Of a stretch of DNA of 64,000 nt, positions 57,875 through 64,000 are shown piece by piece. The stretch is from Candidatus Magasanikiibacteriota bacterium (GTDB lineage: Bacteria > Patescibacteriota > Patescibacteriia > Magasanikbacterales > GWA2-37-8): positions 28,728-92,727 of the forward strand of contig CAWDHY010000001.1 of NCBI GenBank assembly GCA_963802255.1. Reading direction: 5' to 3'. How positions within the stretch are numbered: position 1 is the first letter of the stretch; each line of letters starts with the position of its first letter. The position numbers were made by a program, and so were the translations under genes. The notes under the pieces were generated by a model. That model saw only the letters and a list, made by a program, of their open reading frames with translations. It was not told the DNA's origin and searched no databases.

Positions 57875-58715
57875 ACTGTTGATTGGCGCGTATTTTCTTT
57901 AGTAATGCTAAATCTTTTTCGACCATGTCCGGTTTTGTCTCCAAAATAAAATTTACTTTTTCGAGAGCCTTATTGCCAATTAATGCCTTAAAACCCTCGA
58001 CGCCGATTTTTCCTTTTCCAATATGTTCATGGTGGTCGCTATGGGAGTTAAATTCCGTTTTTGAATCATTACAGTGTGACATCTTAAGCCTTTTTAAACC
58101 TATCGTTTTGTTAAAATGTTTTAATGTTTCAGCGACATGTTTTATATCGCGAATATCATATCCGGAAGCAAACGCATGCTGGGTGTCAAAACATACGCCG
58201 ATGTCGTATTTTTTAAGTTTTGGATGATCTATAATTTTTGCGATACCTTCAAATGTTCCGCCGATAATATCGCCGGCGCCGGCTGATATTTCAATTAAAA
58301 AACGTGTTGAGCCCTTATATCCGGCGAGTGTGGTTTCCAGCGCGCTAACCAATTGTTGGAATCCTTTTTCACTGCCGAGAGTGGAGTAACTGCCAAGATG
58401 TGTCATCAAATATTTAGCGCCAAGAATTGTGGCGCGTTCCAGTTCTTGGCGGACAATGCTTATTGAAGCATGTTTGATGCGCGGGTTGGCGGATGCAAAA
58501 TTTATAAAATACGGAGTGTGGACATACCACTCCTTTTGTTTTGCAATTTTGCAGTTAGCTTTAAATTCAGCGGCAATTTTTTTGTTTAGTTCCGGGGTCC
58601 AGCCGCCCTGCGGAGAGCGGGTGAACATTTGGAACACTTCACATCCGATTTTTGCCGCGTTTAAAGGGGCATTCACAAGCCCTCCCGCTATGGAAACATG
58701 CGCCCCGAAGTACAT
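57864..58715 (-). CDS. nfo: Endonuclease IV (AP endonuclease family 2)
   Basis: MYFGAHVSIAGG N-terminus. Metal-binding His and Glu pattern. Confidence 0.9.
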   Translation of the reverse strand: MYFGAHVSIAGGLVNAPLNAAKIGCEVFQMFTRSPQGGWTPELNKKIAAEFKANCKIAKQKEWYVHTPYFINFASANPRIKHASISIVRQELERATILGAKYLMTHLGSYSTLGSEKGFQQLVSALETTLAGYKGSTRFLIEISAGAGDIIGGTFEGIAKIIDHPKLKKYDIGVCFDTQHAFASGYDIRDIKHVAETLKHFNKTIGLKRLKMSHCNDSKTEFNSHSDHHEHIGKGKIGVEGFKALIGNKALEKVNFILETKPDMVEKDLALLKKIRANQQYEN

Positions 58716-58716
58716 A

Positions 58717-59997
58717 TTATTTAATTATTTGTTTTTTGAGGAATTCCACTACCTTTCTATTTTGCACTGTGCGCGCAATCGTGTCCAGCACCTCCGGCCG
58801 TTTGAGATTTTCTTCGACCTTCGGATCATTCCCATACGTGGCTTTTATCAGCTCAACTTCTTTATTTAATTCTTCCTTGCTAACTTCAATATTGTTTTCA
58901 ATCGCCACTTCTCTCGCAATCAACGAAGCTTTTGCTCTTTTAACGGCGCCATCCTGAAAATCACGATAAATTTCTTCCTCTGTCTTTTTTAGGTCCTGAA
59001 GGTATTTTCCCATTTCAATACCCCTGTGTTCCAAGTCATGTTTTAACTCGTTGAACATTTTTTGCTTTTCCGATTTGATCAGTACCTCCGGGATGTCGCC
59101 AAATTCGCTCATCTCAATAATTTGTTCCAAAATAGCGGCCTCCAAGCGTTGTGATTCCTTGTGCTCCGCCTCGTGTGCTAAATTTTCCCGAAGTAAAGAT
59201 TTCAGTGTTTCAATATCTTTTTGTCCTAAGCTTACGGCAAAGTCATTATTCAGTTCGGGCAGTTTCAGAGAATATATATTTTTTGCTTTTATTTTGATAT
59301 CAACATTTTTACCGGCAAGATTTTTTTGGAAATGTTCCTTCGGGAATATTAAGCTGAATTCCTTCTCATCATCCTTTTTAAGATCAATAAGCTGTTCTGC
59401 AAAACCCGGGATGTAGTGCTCTTCATTTAAATACACCTGATGATCCTTAGCCTGACCTCCTTCCAAAGGGACCTTGTCAATGAACATATCCATATCCACG
59501 ACAATTTTGTCTTCCTTAGTGGCTGCGCCATCTTTTAAGACTTCTTTAGTTCGCATCTTTTGGAGATCGTTTAGAGCCGCTAAAACCTCATTATCTCCTA
59601 CTTCAATTTTTTTTGTTTCAACTTTAATTTTGCTAAAATCAGCCAGTTTAATTTTTGGCAGCAAAGCCACTTTTGCTTTGAATACGATGTCATTGCCCGG
59701 AGCCAGTTTTTCGATCGTCACCATTGGCATGCCGACTGTTTGTAATTTTTCGGCGTCAACCGCTTTATAGAAATTATTGCGCACAATCTCTTCGAGAGCG
59801 GTTTCAAGAATTTTTTGTTCACCCAGCTGTTGTTTCACAACTTCATACGACGCTGTTCCAGGGCGGAATCCTTTAATAGCGGCAGTTTCCGATAAGCGTT
59901 TTGCCGCGTGTTCCAGATCTTGTTGGTATGCGGGCATCTCAACAGTGATGGTTAACTCAACCTCCGAATTATCAAGCTTTTTAAGTTCGTGTGGCAT
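58717..59997 (-). CDS. tig: Trigger factor
   Basis: Ribosome-binding N-terminal domain. Central PPIase-like domain. C-terminal domain. 426 aa. Confidence 0.9.
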   Translation of the reverse strand: MPHELKKLDNSEVELTITVEMPAYQQDLEHAAKRLSETAAIKGFRPGTASYEVVKQQLGEQKILETALEEIVRNNFYKAVDAEKLQTVGMPMVTIEKLAPGNDIVFKAKVALLPKIKLADFSKIKVETKKIEVGDNEVLAALNDLQKMRTKEVLKDGAATKEDKIVVDMDMFIDKVPLEGGQAKDHQVYLNEEHYIPGFAEQLIDLKKDDEKEFSLIFPKEHFQKNLAGKNVDIKIKAKNIYSLKLPELNNDFAVSLGQKDIETLKSLLRENLAHEAEHKESQRLEAAILEQIIEMSEFGDIPEVLIKSEKQKMFNELKHDLEHRGIEMGKYLQDLKKTEEEIYRDFQDGAVKRAKASLIAREVAIENNIEVSKEELNKEVELIKATYGNDPKVEENLKRPEVLDTIARTVQNRKVVEFLKKQIIK

Positions 59998-60115
59998 ATG
60001 TAAATATTAATTAAAGCAATTGGCAGTTTAGCGGAAAATGGCCGGGCTGTCAATTTAAATAAGAAAACCAGTCCGGAGACTGGTTTAAAGAGATGCCTTT
60101 TTGCAGATGGGGCGC

Positions 60116-60550
60116 TTAGTCGCGGCGTCCGCGGATGGCGCTTAGGTCAATAGAGCAGCGATCCTTGGTCGTCTCGTCATCGAGCCGAGTGGGGCGCAGA
60201 CCCGTGTCGCGAAGATCGCGACTGGTCCGAGGGCCAACCATGTTGTAAGTCGTGGAGACCTTTGGCTTCACACCAATATGCGGGGTAGCGGGTAGCGGTT
60301 CAACGGAGATGGCCTTTGTTTCTTCACTTCCGCCGGGGTTTTTTTCCGATTCAACGATAATTGGCGGCGGTGGGATGGTCTCGAAGGTTCGCGTAAACGA
60401 GCGGAGGGTCAAGGCCCGGGTTTCGGGCTTTGTCAGGCTGGCAAACAGCGAAACGATCAGTTCGATTTCGGTTTCAGAAATGTTTCCCTGCTCAATCTGA
60501 TGCATGATTTGGCTGACACATGCCAACATCTCATCAATTTGCTGAGACAT
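60116..60550 (-). CDS. Hypothetical protein encoded by a GC-rich insert
   Basis: 144-aa ORF with no recognisable domain. About 55% GC by eye. Bracketed by strong hairpin terminators (60065..60086 and 60618..60645). Confidence 0.45.
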   Translation of the reverse strand: MSQQIDEMLACVSQIMHQIEQGNISETEIELIVSLFASLTKPETRALTLRSFTRTFETIPPPPIIVESEKNPGGSEETKAISVEPLPATPHIGVKPKVSTTYNMVGPRTSRDLRDTGLRPTRLDDETTKDRCSIDLSAIRGRRD

Positions 60551-60617
60551 TTTTGCCTCCCCTTGTTGGAAAGATCGACACGTAACGCTACCATATACTG
60601 ATTAATTTGTCAATAAT

Positions 60618-60645
60618 AAAACACCCCGCCGAAGCGGGGTGTTTT
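60618..60645 (-). terminator. Intrinsic terminator downstream of hppA
   Basis: AAAACACCCCGC-cgaa-GCGGGGTGTTTT. Confidence 0.7.
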
Positions 60646-60687
60646 GAATCGTTACATATAGCCCTGTATTGAGATGGGCCGGTTTTA

Positions 60688-62682
60688 TTATATCAGCAAA
60701 CCGACAATGAGGAGTGCGACGATGTTCGCCACCTTGATCATTGGGTTTATTGCTGGGCCGGCAGTATCTTTGTAGGGGTCTCCGACTGTGTCGCCGGTAA
60801 CAGCAGCCTGATGGGCAAATGAACCTTTACCGCCATGGTTGCCCTCTTCAATATACTTCTTGGCATTATCCCAAGCGCCACCGCCGGTAGTCATTGAAAT
60901 AGCCATGAATAAACCGGTGATGATTGTGCCCACGAGCATACCACCCAAGGCCTGCGGGCCAAGAGCAAAACCGACGATAACCGGAGCGAAGACGGGAATT
61001 AACGCCGGAAGAACCATTTGGCCGATTGCCCCTTTGGTTACGATATCAACTGCTTTGCCATAGTCCGGTTTATTCGTACCCTCCATAATTCCGGAAATTT
61101 CTTTAAATTGGCGTCGGACCTCTTCCACGACTTGACCTGCGACTACTCCGACGGATTCCATCAAGCGGGCGCCAAATATATATGGCAGAAGGCCGCCGAT
61201 GAATAATCCGGCCAGAACCTTTGGGTCATTGATCAGGAATTGCATCGTGGATGGAAGTTTATGCGTATAATCAGCAAACAATACGAGCGCGGCTAAGCCG
61301 GCAGACGCAATAGCATAACCCTTTGTCACCGCCTTTGTAGTGTTGCCGACAGAATCCAAAGGGTCAGTAATGTCACGAACCTCTTTTGGCAAATCGGCCA
61401 TTTCGGCGATGCCCCCGGCGTTATCTGTTATGGGGCCATACGCATCAATTGTAACGATAATACCGGTAAGTGAAAGCATCGCCACAGCCGCAATCGCGAC
61501 CCCAAATATACCGGCTAACCAAAAAGAGGAAAGAATGGCGGCTACGATAAATAGTACCGGTAACGCGGTGGATTTCATTGAAACAGCCAAGCCGGAAATG
61601 ATATTTGTGCCATGTCCTGTGGTTGAGGCCTTGGCGATTGATTGTACCGGTTTATATTTTTGGGAAGTATAATATTCAGTAACGAGTACCATTACTCCGG
61701 TTAGAACCAGACCAATGATACCAGTTAGATATAGATTGTTGGCTTTTATTCCCTCGAGTCCCGATGCCAGCCATTTTGTTATCGGATAAAAACCGATAAG
61801 TGCTAATATCCCGGCAGCAGCGAGTCCTTTGTATAGTGCCTTCATTACTTTTTTGTCTTTTCCGACGCGAATGAATAATGTTCCAATAATAGAGGCAATC
61901 ATGGATACTCCGCCCAGTATAAGCGGCAAAATTAATATTTTAATATTGCCGGGGAAAATAAGCGAGGCGAGTACCATAGCCGCTATGGCTGTGACAGCAT
62001 ATGTTTCAAACAAATCAGCGGCCATACCGGCGCAATCACCGACATTATCGCCAACGTTGTCCGCGATTACAGCAGGGTTGCGCGGGTCGTCTTCAGGAAT
62101 GCCTTTCTCAACTTTTCCGACCAAGTCGGCGCCAACGTCAGCCGCTTTGGTGAAAATGCCTCCGCCGATACGGGCGAAGACTGAGATTAAGCTTGCGCCA
62201 AAGCCAAGACCGACAAGAGCGAAGACATCTTTTGTAATAATGTAAAAACCAGCTACGCCAAACAGCGCTAAACCGGCGACTAATAGTCCGGTAATTGATC
62301 CTCCGCGGACGGCCATATTTAATGCTTCCTTAAATCCTGTCTTCGCGGCTTCAGCAGTGCGGACATTGGCTCTGACCGAAATGCTCATGCCGATAATCCC
62401 GGCTGCGCCTGAAAGAAGAGCGCCAACTAAAAAGCCAAAAGCCGTTACCCAGTCTGCGGCGATACCGATAATAAAAAACATTACTATGGCTACTGCAGCG
62501 ATAGTTTTATATTGTCTGCTTAAGTATGCCTTTGCGCCGTCCTGAATAGCGCGGGCAATGGCTTGCATACGTTCGTCGCCGGCAGGTTGTTTATTAATCC
62601 AGCGAATAAGAATCACGCCGTAGATCACCGCGGCTAAGGCCGGGACGATTGCTCCAAGAGCGATAATGACACTCGGTGTCAT
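60688..62682 (-). CDS. hppA: Membrane-bound proton/sodium-translocating pyrophosphatase
   Basis: GDNVGDCAG and DNAGGIAEM motifs. 664 aa with 15-16 TM helices. Confidence 0.95.
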   Translation of the reverse strand: MTPSVIIALGAIVPALAAVIYGVILIRWINKQPAGDERMQAIARAIQDGAKAYLSRQYKTIAAVAIVMFFIIGIAADWVTAFGFLVGALLSGAAGIIGMSISVRANVRTAEAAKTGFKEALNMAVRGGSITGLLVAGLALFGVAGFYIITKDVFALVGLGFGASLISVFARIGGGIFTKAADVGADLVGKVEKGIPEDDPRNPAVIADNVGDNVGDCAGMAADLFETYAVTAIAAMVLASLIFPGNIKILILPLILGGVSMIASIIGTLFIRVGKDKKVMKALYKGLAAAGILALIGFYPITKWLASGLEGIKANNLYLTGIIGLVLTGVMVLVTEYYTSQKYKPVQSIAKASTTGHGTNIISGLAVSMKSTALPVLFIVAAILSSFWLAGIFGVAIAAVAMLSLTGIIVTIDAYGPITDNAGGIAEMADLPKEVRDITDPLDSVGNTTKAVTKGYAIASAGLAALVLFADYTHKLPSTMQFLINDPKVLAGLFIGGLLPYIFGARLMESVGVVAGQVVEEVRRQFKEISGIMEGTNKPDYGKAVDIVTKGAIGQMVLPALIPVFAPVIVGFALGPQALGGMLVGTIITGLFMAISMTTGGGAWDNAKKYIEEGNHGGKGSFAHQAAVTGDTVGDPYKDTAGPAINPMIKVANIVALLIVGLLI

Positions 62683-62777
62683 AAGAAATAGTTAATAAAT
62701 AAACATTTTTTTTAGCCTCTCTCATCTTGCTTTTATGCGATAAATATAATATGCTATTAGAGCCGTATCGTCAAGAT

Positions 62778-64000
62778 ATGAAATATAAGGTTTTATTAAA
62801 AATTCTGCATTTGCTGATTGGGATAAAAAGGTTTTTCTGGTGGCTAGGTCCAAAGATATATTATATATTAGCCAAATTTTCCGCCAAAATTTGGCATTTT
62901 TTTGCTTTCTGGAATTATAAGCTGGAATATTATTTAAGGCGGGTTGGTTGGGGGAAAGACCAAATTTGGTGGCTTAAACGTGATAATCTGCAGATAATTC
63001 TTCTGGCGGTTCTTTTTATTTCCGCTTTGCCGCAGACAAAATTGCTTTCAAAAGAAATTGGTACGAGTACCAGACAGGACACAATCGCTTATCAGCTTTT
63101 CGGGCCGGGTGAAGATTACGGAGTTGAGGAAATTTCAGTTGGCGTAGACAGTGATTTTATACCAGTAGTTGCTTCGGCTTGGCGGTCGGGGGCTGTTGAA
63201 AGCGAATTATCCGGCGGAGGTTCGCAGGATGGCGTAATACTTAGCGAATTAGGGATGATGGCGATGGGGGGCAGTGCAGTTTACAAGCCGTCTCTTATGT
63301 CCGGTGTTGTTGTTATTGGGGCGGAGCGTAAAAATATTATTGATTATACAATTGAGCCGGGAGATTCTCTCTCGAGTATTGCATATAGGTATGGTATCAG
63401 TGTTGCCACATTGATGTGGGAAAATAGTCTCGGCGCAAACTCGATTATCAGACCTGGGAACATAATACGTATTCCGCCAACTACAGGCGTCATGCATACA
63501 ATCAAAAAAGGAGATACATTGGGCAAGATTGCTTCCGCCTATGGGGTTAAACAGGAAGAGGTTATTAAATTTAACAATTTGCAGGAAGACGGGACTGATT
63601 TAATTATTGGTGAGAAAATTATGGTGCCGGGTGGGGTTAAACAGGAGGCGCCGGCAGTCAGAACTCCGTCACGGTATATTCCAACACAGGGTTCATATAG
63701 CGGGTCAAAACCGGCTTCGTCTTCTCAAGCTCCGACTTTGGCCGGTTATGTTTGGCCTTCAGCTGCGCGAACGATTACGCAGTATTATGGTTGGCGCCAT
63801 CATGGCTTAGATGTAGCCGGTCCATTAAATACTCCCAATTATGCGGCGCGCGCCGGTACGGTTATCAAATCCCAGTGTGGGTGGAACAGCGGTTATGGCT
63901 GCGTTATTATGATTGACCACGGCAATGGAGTTGTTACACTTTACGGCCACCACAATAAGCTTCTGGTGAGCGTTGGCGACCGTGTGACAACCGGTCAAAC
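62778..64000 (+). CDS. LysM-domain M23 peptidase (3' end beyond the window)
   Basis: N-terminal TM. Two LysM repeats (DYTIEPGDSLSSIAYRYGIS, HTIKKGDTLGKIASAYGVK). M23 motifs HHGLD...GH. Confidence 0.8.
   Translation, partial: MKYKVLLKILHLLIGIKRFFWWLGPKIYYILAKFSAKIWHFFAFWNYKLEYYLRRVGWGKDQIWWLKRDNLQIILLAVLFISALPQTKLLSKEIGTSTRQDTIAYQLFGPGEDYGVEEISVGVDSDFIPVVASAWRSGAVESELSGGGSQDGVILSELGMMAMGGSAVYKPSLMSGVVVIGAERKNIIDYTIEPGDSLSSIAYRYGISVATLMWENSLGANSIIRPGNIIRIPPTTGVMHTIKKGDTLGKIASAYGVKQEEVIKFNNLQEDGTDLIIGEKIMVPGGVKQEAPAVRTPSRYIPTQGSYSGSKPASSSQAPTLAGYVWPSAARTITQYYGWRHHGLDVAGPLNTPNYAARAGTVIKSQCGWNSGYGCVIMIDHGNGVVTLYGHHNKLLVSVGDRVTTGQ

Overview
The window looks like a compact, low-GC bacterial chromosome segment (about 40% GC by eye). 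Gene content and style (short rpoB/rpoC, four lamin-tail-domain repeats (LTD, below) in one secreted protein, many small membrane proteins) suggest a Patescibacteria/CPR-type organism, but this is inferred from the sequence only.

Core housekeeping genes are clear: yebC-ruvC, rpoB-rpoC, ftsK, rodZ-like, recA, comM, PBP1A, dnaN-dnaA with an oriC-like spacer, rpmH, yidD-rnpA, nfo, tig, hppA and lspA. There are five tRNAs: Ser(CGA), Ser(TGA), Ala(TGC), Phe(GAA) and Pro(TGG).

Accessory content worth a second look:
- A tyrosine recombinase followed by a cassette-like run of small accessory genes (VOC/glyoxalase, a hypothetical, an HD hydrolase). Related imperfect-palindromic intergenic elements separate them, and one ORF sits between 56-bp near-perfect terminal inverted repeats.
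- Two paralogous PEP-utilising mobile-domain proteins. One is an intact ATP-grasp kinase-like protein. The other is fused to an N-terminal HTH and has the catalytic His replaced by Pro, and sits divergent from a GC-rich B12-binding radical SAM gene.
- Two tRNA loci carrying 18-21 bp duplications of the tRNA 3' end, reminiscent of att scars. One abuts a GC-rich island (about 58-60% GC by eye) with two orphan ORFs.
- A 760-bp non-coding spacer between rpoB and ftsK with divergent consensus sigma70 promoters overlapped by perfect DnaA boxes.
- A 740-bp non-coding region with perfect 24-bp and 12-bp palindromes, a DnaA box, and a textbook TTGACA-17-TATAAT promoter driving a roughly 330-nt structured transcript with no credible ORF.
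- An operon of a membrane metallophosphoesterase plus a 990-aa four-LTD+PKD surface protein.

No CRISPR array, transposase or rRNA was found.
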